Shown here: positions 24,540 through 37,074 of the stretch, one piece after another
Layout: each line of letters starts with the position of its first letter
Position numbering within the stretch: position 1 is the first letter of the stretch
Source: Podarcis gaigeae
Lineage: Eukaryota
Length of the DNA stretch: 64,000 nucleotides
Assembly: GCA_964106915.2 (NCBI GenBank)
Contig: OZ066922.1
Strand: one strand, 5' to 3'
The notes under the pieces: model-generated
What the model saw: only the letters and a program-made list of their open reading frames with translations
The model's database searches: none
Told to the model about the DNA's origin: nothing
Made by a program: the position numbers and the translations under genes

Positions 24540-24708
24540 AAGTACCCGGAGAAAATATTTGTTCCTGATGGCAAATCGATTACATGGGACAGTCAGAAAG
24601 GCTTCACTATTCCCACCAACTTGATCAACGACGTGAGCATGGTCTACTGCAAAGCGAAGATAGATGGCAAAAGTTACCAATCTGTGATGTACATTGTGGT
24701 AGTTGTAG
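24540..24708 (+). CDS. KDR: KDR exon 5 (Ig2: [22 protein letters not shown]...YIVVVV)
   Basis: 169 nt, cag| acceptor, G|GTAAG donor. Confidence 0.96.
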
Positions 24709-24895
24709 GTAAGCCATTCTGTGGCCATCTTATTTGTTACTTACATTTTGTTTAGCTTAATGGAAGGGGGTTCAGCAGAACAGCATGAAGTTGTGTTGCT
24801 TAACGTAACCATCATCTTTCTAAAACTAAAATGGTATGGATTTCAACTAACGTGGCTGTCCGATAGTGTCTGGGTGAGAGTCAGAGGAAGAAACA

Positions 24896-25328
24896 TGTCA
24901 GGGTACTGCCATCGGAACAGGCTAGGGAAGGACGGGGGGCAGTTGGATTACAGGGAACCTCTGAAAATCTTGCGAAGCACTTCCTCTTCCTGTGGTGAGG
25001 AAAGCCACACCTCCAGTGGAGAAGAGAGGAAAGGACCAGAGGATGCTGCTGGGAGCCTCAGCACCGCTCCTGGTCAAGCCGGCCAGAAGGGAAGCACGTT
25101 CCTTCCGTCGCCCACCCTGCACAAAGGTGTAAAACGCAAAGAAGGAAGGAAAAGCTGGGGGTGACGAAGCTCTTATGTTGGGGGAGGTCCTGGAAACAAC
25201 CACTCCCGGATTCTGCTGGCGATTCAGGCAGACATGAACTTGTGGCTCTGCACTGAAAATAGTGCTGCACCAAAATAAAACCTGTAAAAGACTAATTACT
25301 CATGAGCAACCACCACTGCCATCTGACA
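24896..25328 (+). mobile_element. Putative solo LTR (intron 5)
   Basis: TGTCAG...CTGACA termini, AATAAA at ~25274, flanks AAACA/AAACC. Confidence 0.6.
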
Positions 25329-26383
25329 AAACCCAACCAGTGGTGTGCAGTCAGTGGACTAGGCTAGTCCCCTAAGTGTTCCTCTGGCACCTCATTCCCA
25401 AAGCTTGGGAAACTTCTGCAATGCTCACACGTGAAACATTCCCCGCCCCATCACCCTCTCAAGCTGGTGCCTCTAGCCCTAACTATTCCCCTACGAAAAT
25501 TTCACCGCATGTCACTGAATCCAACCACATTCCTTAAATTAATGTGAAAGCCAGCAGAGGACAATCTCTGGTCTGCCAGGCCTTCCAATTTGGCTGAGGC
25601 TGGTTTTTTCCAAGTGATGACCACCTGCTGTACGCCTGAGGATCAGCTGGTTGTCAGGGCTTGCAAAGGCCTAGGCACTGTTTGAGTGCCTCACTTGTAG
25701 TTCTATAAATCATTTAATGTGTTAACACGAATAGAAGTTATTAATGTTGCAGTTGTTGTATAAGGGATTATGTATTATGTTGTATAAGGGAATGTAATTG
25801 AAATTAATAAGATATTGCAATGCAGAAATAAAGAAAATATTCAAACCATTAATTTGGTATTTGAGTAATTGGTATTAGTAATTGTATTATAATTTGGTAC
25901 TGTTATAATGAGGCTATTATTGGATGGTAATTGAAAATTAATAAAAATTATTATCACAGCAAAAACCTATGCACTCTGCTTTGCAAGTGCAAGTGCACAT
26001 GGTTTTAAACCATGGAGGCAAAAATGAGTTCCTGGTGTAATTATGACACCAGGTGTGTGGCAGGTGGGCAGAGTGGTAGCTTTGGGAAGTGAGCCATTTT
26101 ATAGCCGATTATTTTCATTGGATTTGTTGGGTTATATCAAACTTACCTTACTCAAAGAATACCCACTGAAATCCACAACCTTAGTCAAGTGCATTTATTT
26201 CAGTGTGTCCTCTCTAAGTGTAACTGAAAATAATCAGCAGTAAGATCAATCCAGGCCCCACTTCCCAAACCCCCTCATTTGTCTGAAATTTCACTGTTTT
26301 GGTTGCCTCCAAGAATGGAGACAATTTTACTATGTGGCTTTTGTTCAACTTGTTATTCCTTCATTTTTCCCTTTTCTACTCAG

Positions 26384-26538
26384 GATATAAAATTCATGAC
26401 CTTATTTTGAGCCCTCCTCACCAGGTAGAGCTGGCTGCAGGGGAGAAGTTAACGCTAAACTGTACTGCAAGGACCGAGCTGAATGTGGCAATCGTGTTTG
26501 AATGGGCCTACCCTTCAAGCAAGACGACAGCAAGCAAG
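26384..26538 (+). CDS. KDR: KDR exon 6 (Ig3: GYKIHDL...[11 protein letters not shown]...[10 protein letters not shown])
   Basis: cag| acceptor. The first usable phase-0 GT donor is AAG|GTAGCT at 26539, 15 nt beyond the human-equivalent position. Confidence 0.88.
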
Positions 26539-27524
26539 GTAGCTTTCCTTTAAAGATAAAACTAGTGGATTGAAGCCCAAAGGGTTGCTGGTCCTCTGTG
26601 TTGTTGCTGTCTAGCTCTCAGAAATGCATGGATAACAATGATATGTTTGGGATCATTAGGGCTCCCAACTTGGGGATGATTTGTGTGTAACTTAGCGGCA
26701 GTCACCGAAGCATTTTGCCTTAGGATTGTGGTGGGAGGAATGACTGCCCTCCTCAATGGAAGCTGTGGAGCACCTCAGCTAGCCCCATGCAAGTGAGCAG
26801 TTGGTAAAAGGCTAGCTGCTCTGTTGACATCATCAGCTGCTCTGTTGACATCATCAGTCTGCACCCATGCCAGAGACAGCTAGTCAGTCGGCAACCACCA
26901 CACACTCATACAGGGATGACTGATTCACGTCCTTCCTCCATTGCTGCCTTCTCAGTGGCACCAGTAATGCTTGGAATTCCTTTCCTTCCTGAGGGTAGCC
27001 AATAATCCCTACTAACATAGTGCTCCATCATAGTGCTGGAGAAGATATATTCAGAAAAGCATGTGGTGCTAAGAATAAGGGCAAACAGATGCAAAAGAGG
27101 ACATGTTTCATAGTTGTTTAATAGCTGTTGAGGCCCACAAATGTAGATGTTCAAACATAGTACCTTCTGCAGAAATCTGATCTTCCTACACAGTTGTCAA
27201 ATGGTGGTAGCAGTAAGTTCACAAAAGTTACTGGTGTTGCCAGTCCACCTGGATATGCATTTCCAATATAAATCATGAGTAGCATGCCAACAGGAAACCC
27301 ATTTTTATCCAGATTGCAAAAGCATCCGTACCTATTCCCCTGGGAACAATCTTTGTTCACCCGGGTGAGTAGCTGTTTACAGATCTGTCTATAAAGGCAC
27401 AGGAGCCCTGCCGTCCACCCCATCTGTTCAACCTAGGAAAAAAGTCCCCTACGTTTTTTGTTACATGGGTGAGAGGAGGCTAAAGAGGTGATGTTGAAAT
27501 CAATCTCTTTGAACTCCGTTACAG

Positions 27525-27699
27525 AAAAGCCATGCTGTAATCAGGGATGCAAAGACTTCAACTGGTAGCGAAGGGAAGAAGACGTTTGTGAGCACTCTCA
27601 CCATAGACCACGTGACCGTAAATGATGGCGGTCAATACAGCTGCACTGCCTCCAGCAGCAGTATGACTAAGGAAAACAGTATTTATGTCATTGTCCACG
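27525..27699 (+). CDS. KDR: KDR exon 7 ([11 protein letters not shown]...FVSTLTID...YSCTASS...VIVH)
   Basis: ttacag| acceptor, G|GTAAG donor; C-terminal half of Ig3. Confidence 0.93.
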
Positions 27700-28867
27700 G
27701 TAAGGCATCCCCCTGGATTTGATACTTGTGCAAAGAAGATTCTGAGGGAGAAGAGACTCTGATTTAAATAAACCACTAGTAAAATCAAGACCAGTAAAAA
27801 ATGACATGTTGGGGTGGCAACACTCGCCTGATCTCTAGCTGATTGAGTCGCTGCTGGCAGGTAGAAGAGGAGGGGATGAGTTGACAGCAAGGTCGATGCA
27901 GTGCAAACACGTTGCCGGGAGCACCAGATTGGCTCTGCTGGTGTGTTTGCGCTGTGCTGAACTTGCTAGCCTCCCCTTCTGCCTCTTGGTAAACAGTAGG
28001 TGACACAGCTGACCTGAGGTGAGCAGGACCACTATGCTGACTGAGACAGCTATTAAACCAAAATCCAAGGATTTCCTCAATCTTTTATAACTACGCTGCT
28101 TTGTTTTTGGAGGAGAATGAGCTGGAAACAATGGAGATGTAAAGTACAATCCTATAGGCTCAGCATGGAGAACCCCTGTCCACTGGGTCAAGTTAGTCCA
28201 CCAGACCATCCCACAGCCATGCACACCTAATGTGTGGCAGGCGAGGCCATAGTTGCAAAGGAACAACTGGGGGTCATTTTCCAATTGAAGCTAATCCCTG
28301 TTTATTCACCTTTACTCAGCCAACTATTGTTTTCACCGCTGCCATGCATGGTTGAAATGAACAGGAGAAGCAGACCCAAATTTCTGGATGATATTGAGGG
28401 TTGTATTTAATAAAGATCAGAATAGCTCCATTGAAATTAATGGACCTCAGTTAGCTCTGCCGTTGAATTTAAGTGGACTTTCTTTGAGTAAGATTGTACT
28501 CTAAATGTTTAAATATCTTCAAAAATGCACAGTGGGATGGTATGAAACCTTGCAAGATACACATGGACAAATTCCTTAGTTCCTTCTTCTCTCCCCTGTG
28601 TAATGTAATAAGGAAATACATGCTGTGATGTCATGGCACTCCCTCGTGGCTGCCAATGATGCAGAGCAGGTGTTGAGAAAGGCATAGTAGGATGACACAG
28701 GGACATTGTATTGGGCTGCCAGAGTACAGAAGGTTCCTCTTGTTCAATAGATGTTGCCATTAGTCTCAATTTTTTTAAAAATCTACATACAATAAGAAAA
28801 CTTCTACTTCTGGAAAAGAAGAAATCTGCTATCTAAAAACTCTTGCTGCCTTCTTAAATTCCGACAG

Positions 28868-28979
28868 AAAAACCTTTCATCATTACGGGCAGAATGCCAT
28901 CTTTGGTCGAGACAAGACTGAACGAGCCGGCTAAGATTCCTGTGATATTCAAAGGGTACCCACCTCCAGATGCAAAATG
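28868..28979 (+). CDS. KDR: KDR exon 8 (EKPFII...KIPVIFKGYPPPDAKW)
   Basis: AG/GT boundaries, GYPPP motif of Ig4. Confidence 0.93.
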
Positions 28980-29127
28980 GTAAGAACTGGAGCAGGTTTT
29001 TCTATAACAAGAGAGCCAAAATTGGATAATGCCTCTGGATATACATTGTCCAAAAGAAGACACTGCTTTGCAGAATGCTCCTTATACAACTGCTTTGAAG
29101 GTTTTTTGTTTGTTTTTACAATCAAGC

Positions 29128-29128
<1 letters not shown>

Positions 29129-29172
<44 letters not shown>
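29129..29172. repeat. (GTAA)11 microsatellite in intron 8
   Basis: Read directly from the sequence. Confidence 0.95.
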
Positions 29173-29173
<1 letters not shown>

Positions 29174-29659
29174 TAAATATGTAAAGCTCTCCAAATAGAG
29201 GACTGTCTTCTATAAAGTACGGCACATGGCTGTGAAAATCCCCATTGAGCCTTGATGAATAATCCTACCTTGCAGGACTACTATAAGAATAAAGAGTTTC
29301 TTTGATACTTTATCCCTGAGATCTCCAGAAAAAAATGTAGGATATTAACATAGGCTTTTAACCTGACCTTTGGTAGTTAAGATATTTAGCTTTCTGGGAT
29401 CCACCTCCTTTTGATGACTCTATACTGTACGCTCATTATAATGGTTTTATGCAGCTTACTGGTTTTTATAATTGTAATTGTTTCATACGTTTTTATAACT
29501 CTATTTAATAATGCTGTAACTCACGCCTGGGACCTTATGAAGGGTGGGCAAGAATTCTTACGATGAATGATTCAGTAAATTTATTCTGCCTAATTACATT
29601 CAATTTTTTTAAACAGGTCGAGCAAACACTTACGTCTTTGTTTGCTTGTTTCTTTGCAG

Positions 29660-29823
29660 GTATAAAAATGGAAAACCCATAGCTGCAAATCGAACGCTTA
29701 AACTCGGTTACTCCTTGACAATCACTGAAGTGAGCGAGAGAGATGCTGGGAATTATACCATCGTTCTGACCAATCCCATTAACAAAGAGCAAGAGAAGCA
29801 CACCTTTCATCTGGTTGTGAATG
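29660..29823 (+). CDS. KDR: KDR exon 9 (YKNGKPI...[13 protein letters not shown]...LVVN)
   Basis: 164 nt, AG/GT boundaries. Confidence 0.96.
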
Positions 29824-30700
29824 GTAAATTCATCTCTCCTAAATCTTTGTTTTCTTCAGAGGGAAATTCTGTGTCCACTGAAGTCCTGGTGATCATCTAA
29901 TGTTTATTGAATGGATTTCCCCCCCTAAATTGATTTTTGAATTCTGAATTTATTGTTATCCACGTTTTATACTGTATTTTATGCTGTTTTTTGTTGCATC
30001 AATTAAGTGTTTTAAATTTGTTGTTAGCCGCCCTGAGCCTTGTTTTCTGAACCGGGAAGGGTGGGGTATAAATAAAAAATTATTTATTTAAGTCGATGAC
30101 AAGCTGCCAATGTGTGGGCATGCTCTGTTTACATTAGGTGCTGTGGGGAGTGGCTTTTATGTGCATGTTTTGATAGGTCAAAAAGTTGGAATGGTGCCCC
30201 TCAGAATACAGAGCTATGGCTACCAGTCATTATTACCCTAAGGCAGAGATGGATGCAGCTCTTAATTTTGATTTCTCTCTGTTTCTCCTCCACCCGCCAA
30301 TCAATTGTTTGGCATGCATTTCCCTTAATATACAATTTTTGCATGCAATTTTGCCTAGTTCATTTTTCCCCCTAAGCAATTTCCTCTAATGCAAAGAATT
30401 TTTGTATGCTATTTCCCCAAATATATGCATTTTCTGTGCTTTAATAATCCTAATAGGATTTTCCTACCTTTTTGGGGGGTGGAGAAGTGTGAGTTTCAAA
30501 GAATAGTGGTGCTTTGGTTTACACATTGTTTGGCAAAGCATGAATTAGATAGATTTGCATTAAACTGCAGAGCAAACCAATTTCCCCCCCTCTTCTTCAC
30601 ATGGGGGAGGAGGAACAGCAACATACATTTATATTAAAATAACCATCCCGTTAACACATTTTCTAGAGTGGTTCTAAACACAGCAATCCAGTTTCATTTA

Positions 30701-30962
30701 CAGTGGTACCTCACAAGACGAATGCCTCGTAAGACGAAAAACTCGCAAGACGAAAGAGTTTTTCGTTTTTTGAGTTGCTTCACAAGACAAATTTCCCCAT
30801 GGGCTTGCTTCGCAAGATGAAAATGTCTTGCAAGTTTCAATGCATTCCTATGGGAATTTGGTTTCAATGCATTCCTATGCGAATCCGTGCTTCGCAAGAC
30901 GAAAAATTCGCAAGACAAAAAACTCGCAGAACGAATTAATTTCATCTTGCAAGGTACCACTG
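30701..30962. mobile_element. Tigger/pogo-like MITE, family B
   Basis: TIR CAGTGGTACCT..CAAGA, internal CAAGACGAA repeats, TA TSD. Confidence 0.85.
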
Positions 30963-31920
30963 TATTTATTAAACACATTTATAGCCGCACTTCGCAGGCT
31001 AAAGCTACCAAAGCAGTGTACGTGGTGTACAGAACAGAATAAAAACACAGAAACTGAAACTCTAATCTGTTAATCAAACTCTGAAAGCAGCAAAACAATT
31101 TTGTCAAATATAAAATTGATCTTCTATAAACTACACGGTTTGCACCTCAGAGTAAGCTCTCCTGAACAACAACAAAAAAGTCATCAATGGGTGCCTAAAC
31201 ATCGTGCTAGGCACCTGTCTAATTTTGGCTGGTAACTGATTTGTGAGAGTTGGAACTGCTACACAAAACCCCAGTTTCTAGTACAAGCTAAAGCACACTT
31301 CTGGGGCATCTGGTACTCTCAGCAGTGCCCCATCTGATGAGCACAGTTGCCAGAAATACAGTGTGCAAGGTGGGTTCCAAGTTGCTAAAAGCAGAACCTT
31401 GAACTGTGCCCAGTAGCACATTGGCAGTAGTGTTGGGTGCCAAATCATTGACTTAGTAAGCCTTCTGTTATTCTATTTTTTCACCACACCTCTCTTTGTG
31501 TTGCCTCAGACAGGCAACAAAAGCTGTTGGTCTCTCAAACCCCAGGTGGGCTGCCATCCATTGCGCTTATTTTGCTTGACTCCAACATCCACCTCAGTTT
31601 ATTTATTTGGAAGACTTTTGATTATCCAGTTGTTTCACAAAAAGATTATTTTTTCCATCGCACTCTGTGTGTGTATGTAGGAGTTGCCTTTGTGTCCTGC
31701 TCTTTTCCTGTCTTCGTTGCTCTCCATGACTTCCGCATATCGTGTGTCCTTCCCCTGCTGTCCTCCTGCGTCTCGCCCATCCTTCCTGACACCCCTCAAC
31801 TGCCCCATTCAGCCTCACCTCCTCAAATTCCCCCTTCATTTGGCTGCTCAGGAAATATTTCTGCCTGCTGCATCAAAAGTATCCATTTTTTTTTAGCACA
31901 ATAGTATCCCTTGGGTTAGA

Positions 31921-32274
31921 GGGACGCAGGTGGCGCTGTGGTCTAAACCACAGAGCCTAGGACTTGCCAATCAGAAGGTTGTGGTTCGAATCCCCACAGC
32001 GGGGTGAGCTCCCGTTGCTCGGTCCCTGCTCCTGCCAACCTAGCAGTTCGAAAGCACGTCAAAGTGCAAGTAGATAAATAGGTACCGCTCCGGCAGGAAG
32101 GGAAACGGCGTTTCCATGCACTGCTATGGTTCGCTAGAAGCGGCTTAGTCATACTGGCCACATGACCTGGAAGCTGTACACGGCTCCCTCAGCCAATAAA
32201 GTGAGATGAATGCCGCAACCCCAGAGTCAGCCACGACTGGACCTAATGGTCAGGGGTCCCTTTACCTTTACCTT
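31921..32274 (+). mobile_element. Sauria SINE (intron 9)
   Basis: TSD TATCCCTTGGGTTA. Confidence 0.92.
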
Positions 32275-32422
32275 TATCCCTTGGGTTATTGTCAAACAGT
32301 GATGGTAGTTTTGTGTCCTGTGTTTTGAAGAACACCCTTCCCTTCTTTTGTAACTTCTCGCTGCGAATCATTGATGATTGCCGGAACCCACAAATGTAAT
32401 TGCCTATCTTTTCCTCCCGCAG

Positions 32423-32579
32423 TTCCACCTCAAATTGGAGAGAATGCCCTTCTAGCTCCTGTGGATTCATATAAGTATGGTTCCACCCAAGCCATAACAT
32501 GTACGGTATACGCTGTTCCAGCCGTGGCCAGGATTCAGTGGTACTGGCAGTTTGAGGAAGAATGTACTTTCAACCCACA
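32423..32579 (+). CDS. KDR: KDR exon 10 ([20 protein letters not shown]...WYWQFEEEC)
   Basis: 157 nt, AG/GT boundaries. Confidence 0.96.
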
Positions 32580-32669
32580 GTAAGTACAACACAATTTGCC
32601 ATGGATTCAACCATAAGTTGGTATTGCTTGGAGACTCTCTAAAAAGGGTCCAACTACTTTAGTATCTAA

Positions 32670-33015
32670 GGGACGCAGGTGGCGCTGTGGGTTAAACCAC
32701 AGAGCCTAGGACTTGCCAATCAGAAGGTTGGCACTTCAAATCCCCGCGACGGGGTGAGCTCCTGTTGCTCGGTCCCTGCTCCTGCAGTTCGAAAGCACGA
32801 AGTGCAAGTAGATAAATAGGTACCGCTCCGGCGAGAAGGTAAATGGCGTTTCCATGCGCTGCTCTGGTTCGCCAGAAGCGGCTTAGTCATGCTGGCCACA
32901 TGACCCAGAAGCTGTACACCGGCTCCCTCAGCCAATAAAGCAAGATGAGCGCCGCAACCCCAGAGTTGGCCATGACTGGACCTAATGGTCAGGGGTCCCT
33001 TTACATTTACCTTTA
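32670..33015 (+). mobile_element. Sauria SINE (intron 10)
   Basis: TSD TTTAGTATCTA. Confidence 0.92.
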
Positions 33016-34205
33016 TTTTAGTATCTATTTTTCCTGGTTTGGATCTAGTGTGCCAAAGAGGCTGCCTTATCCCTTTATAACAATCCGTAAGATCAGCTGA
33101 GAGTGCCCTCTCTTGTAATGCTCTCTGTATGCCAAATCAGAAATCTCTGAGAAGCACTGGCAGTGTTATCAGACCCATCTCTGGCTCCCCAAATTTCATT
33201 GGGCATTATTACCTGCATCAGCTGCTTAATTCAGACATGAGAGGATATCATGGTTTCTAGCTAGGAAAGTCACAGTGAGTGTTGGGTTGGTGCATTCTTC
33301 ATTCCTCTTCTTTAGCGAGCCTCTTCTTTCATCTGCTTCAGGTTTCATTCTAACCACAGTGTCTGGTGAAATCCAAACTCTCACCTCCTATTTATCCTCA
33401 TCCCTAGAATGCACACAGCCCTGAGTTCTGGCCAAAGATGTTTCTTTCAATTTATTTTCACTGAAATAGCTCTTTGGTGCAGTGAAGCGGGAAAGTAAAA
33501 CCTAACTTTGGGCTAGACTGGAGGAAGAGCAGAGGCTGTATAAAAATATTCATTTCCACCCCTTCCTGGCAGTCGACACAACTTCCTCCAGCTCTGTTAT
33601 GACTCTGTGAATGTGAAGCACTTGGGAATTGGTTCCAGCAACACAGGCAGCTAAACACCCAAATATTTTCACTCTCAAGGGCAAAACATGCATCATAGGA
33701 GTCTCTAAATGTGTATCTATCTATCACACGCTTCTCTGTTAAGTTTGGGAAGTATTTTTAACGGATGGCTTAGTGCACTGTTAGGATTATTTGTTTGCTT
33801 GTTTTAAACTGAGCTATATATATATATCCCAGCCTTCTGTACAAAGTTGCTCAAGATGGCTGACAGTATAAGACCCACAAAACAATTGTTTTAAAAAGAT
33901 AAAAAGCTACTAAATATTTAGGAAAGTTGTTTGTTCCCTGTGTGTTTGGACACTACTTATGATATCATAACCAAATTTTGCATGATGGTTCCTGAGATCA
34001 AGGAGTGGATTGTTGTCTGTTTGGATACAATGGGAAACCATTTTGAATCAAGATGGCAGGCTGAACCTTTCAAAACTCTACTATTGTTAAGCATTTATTT
34101 CTACACTGATTTTTGTGTGTGGCTTCTTAGAGTTCCTGAGCAATGCTGTTAGCATTTGATAAGCAGAACTCTTACACTTTTACCCACAGTCCTCCTGGGC
34201 TATGG

Positions 34206-34535
34206 CAAACCCTCCAACATTTCTCCGATGAAAATAGGGATGTCCCATTCCATAATTTAAATTTTACTATTTATACCCCACACATCTTACTGGGTTTCCC
34301 CAACCACTCTGGGCCGCTTCCAACATATATATAAACATTTTAAAAAACCTTCCCTATACAGGATTGCCTTCAGACGGCTCAGAGGTTGGATAACTCCATA
34401 TCCTCCAACATTTCTCCATTGAAAATAGGGACATCTTAAGGAAAAGTGGGACATTCTGGGATCATAAATCATAAACCGGGATGGCTTCTGTAAATCTGGG
34501 ACATCCCTGGAAAATAGGGACACTTGGAGGGTCTG
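34206..34535. mobile_element. Probable non-autonomous DNA transposon
   Basis: Termini CAAACCCTCCAA / TTGGAGGGTCTG; internal repeats of GAAAATAGGGA. Confidence 0.6.
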
Positions 34536-34789
34536 GCTACAATAATGCATTCTAGTTAATAGTGTAATCATATATATATGTGTACTCTGAAGTAATTAAG
34601 CTCCCTGGGACTTAGTCCCAGGTACAGTAAGTGTCTATAGGATGACACTGTCAATTGTATTTATGCAGTACAGGGTTTTAACTCTGGACAACAGCTAACT
34701 CGCAATTTTGTTGTTGTTGTTTGTACTCGTGACAAATCTGTCTGTTTTCTTTCTCTGATTTCCCTTATGGCGACCCTCTGCTGAATTTG

Positions 34790-35040
34790 ACACTGTGCCT
34801 TATCTCTGTGAAAGGGCATCTCAGAGGAAGTGCCTTGATTGATGTTGGGGATGATAGAAAGAGCTTCTGACCAAGGGCCACTCCACTTCCCTTATCTGAG
34901 CTTCACACAAGGCCAGACTTCCTTTCGGATTATTATTATTTTTTTCAAGAAAGAAAGAAAAAGGAGTCAGCTTTCCTGTTGTTGTTTTAAAAAACGACTT
35001 CCACTATCTTCTTCCTTTGGTGCTAGTTATTTCCTGCAGA
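34790..35040. promoter_or_regulatory. Candidate intron-10 endothelial enhancer (Flk1in10-like)
   Basis: 4 GATA and 7 ETS cores plus a FOX:ETS composite in ~250 bp; same intron as the mouse enhancer. Confidence 0.6.
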
Positions 35041-35753
35041 AGGCCCAGAATCCTAAATAAATACTTTAAGGAATCCAGTAATTTCTCTGCTGCTCTCTGT
35101 CTGCCTTTAGAACAGGATCAACTCAAATTGTCAAAGTTATGAATAGACGTTTGTTTCCAGAATAGCTTCTTGCCCTCCCATCAGTATCCTGATTGAGTTG
35201 ACCTAGTTAGTGGTCTCATGTGGGACTTTACCTCTAGTCTAGGCGCTGGGAATTTCTATTCTTATGCCAGCAGCAACATCTTGGGAGGTTGAGTATTTAG
35301 TTTGAGATCTTCTTTATTACAAATAGGATCTGCAACAAAAAGTTGTGGTGTATCCTCTCCTCCTGAGTAGAAGAACTTCTGTTCAGGAGACTGGCAGCCA
35401 GCCTGGGCCATCCTTCAAGAAATTGTAAGCCAGGTATCTTCAACCTTTTAAGACCCAGGATGCACTTTTAACCCAAACATGCATTTGGGGACCCATTTCT
35501 TAATATTCTTCCATAGTAAACTAATGTTCCTGTAAACTAATGTTCCATAGTAAACTAATGTTCCTGCATCAGGCTGTGACTGACTAATGGGTCCCGATCC
35601 ACCACTTGAAGCTAGATGGGAATCACCCTTCCTCCAGTTGGGGGTTTTTCTTGTCAAACAGACACTCAACAGTCCATGGTCCTAGGAAGCCACTGGTCTA
35701 GCTAAGGCCTCAGTTGGCTGTTCTTTTTGGGTATGGTACCCCCTTTGTTGGGT

Positions 35754-36109
35754 GGGATGCGGGTGACGTTGTGGGTTAAACCACGGAGCCTAGGACTTGC
35801 CGATTAGAAGGTTGGCGGTTCGAATCCCCGTGACGGGGTGCGCTCCCGTTGCGCGGTCCCTGCTCCTGCCAACCTAGCAGTCTGAAAGCACGTCAAAGTG
35901 CAAGTAGATAAATAGGTACTGCTCCGGCAGGAAGGTGAACGGCATTTCCGTGTGCTGCTCTGGTTCGTCAGAAGCGGCTTAGTCATGCTGGCCACATGAC
36001 CCAGAAGCTGTATGCCGGCTCCTCAGCCAATAAAGCGAGATGAGTGCTGCAACCCCAGAGTCGGTCATGACTGGACCTAATGGTCAGGGGTTCCTTTACC
36101 TTTACCTTT
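35754..36109 (+). mobile_element. Sauria SINE (intron 10)
   Basis: TSD TACCCCCTTT(G/C)TTG. Confidence 0.92.
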
Positions 36110-36437
36110 TACCCCCTTTCTTGCTTACTCCAGAGTTCACCTGCCCATGCTGATCCACCCCTCTTATTTCTTATCAGCTCCATTATGGCTCCTGTATTGT
36201 TGACGCTCAGCCACCTGAGTTCAGTATAAGAGGGAATGCTGTTCCTTTCTCACTCCTCCTTCACAGCTTTCATAGGGAGTCTAGTGTCCTGTAATCCAAG
36301 TCTGCAGTATAAAAAGTTCTGTCCAAGTGCCCAATGTACCTGTCTCTACCTTATGGCCATACATATTGGGCATTCGTTGATACGAACAAATGGAAACTTG
36401 AAGGGTGATGTTTGTTTATGTGTTCTTTTCCACTCAG

Positions 36438-36561
36438 CCAAGCTGGACTGGGGAACAATCCTTACGCCTGTAAGAAGTGGAAAGACATAAACGACAGAAG
36501 AGGTGGAAATCGAATTGAAACAGAAAAAACACAGTTTGTCGCTATTGCTGGGAAAATGAAG
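36438..36561 (+). CDS. KDR: KDR exon 11 (QAGLGNNPYACKKW...AGKMK)
   Basis: 124 nt, AG/GT boundaries, phase 2 to phase 0. Confidence 0.94.
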
Positions 36562-37074
36562 GTGAGGCAGTCATTATCTAGCTCCTGTTTGAAACGCAGA
36601 ATATGAAGGAGTGTGGTCATGAAACTGAGAGCCGTGTGGTTCAGTGAGGGAGACTTGGACAATGCAGACTCGGTGTAAATCCCAGCCCTGTTATATGTCA
36701 AGGTGGCCTGAGGTTCTCTCTTTCAACCTCAATTTTTCACCTGTAAAATGGGACTGATAGTGGCATACCTCGTAATCTTGTGTGTATTTACGCCAAAGTA
36801 CATCCCATTAAGTTCAGTGGAACTTGTTCGCAAGTAAGCATGCAAAGGATTGCACCTGTAATATTTTTATATAAATCCCTAAAATGTGTCAACACAGACA
36901 CATGCTTTGAAATGCACGATAAAAATGTGCAAACAAATTGGGGGGAGACAAGGTAAATACAATTATGAATTAGAATTAGAATTGCAAATTATAAAAGCCT
37001 TTGAAAGTGGAAATGTTTAAATCATGGCAGGAGCGATTTCAAAATGATTTAACTGCAGCTTACTACATGTGGAC

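Noticed and set aside
35515-35565. Short tandem repeats (GTAAACTAATGTTCC x3; also TGTTTTCATTGATTGCCATT x3 at ~39634-39692 and a 21-mer x2 at ~26814-26856)
   Set aside because: Ordinary slippage duplications with no unique spacers; not CRISPR-like, and the context is eukaryotic.
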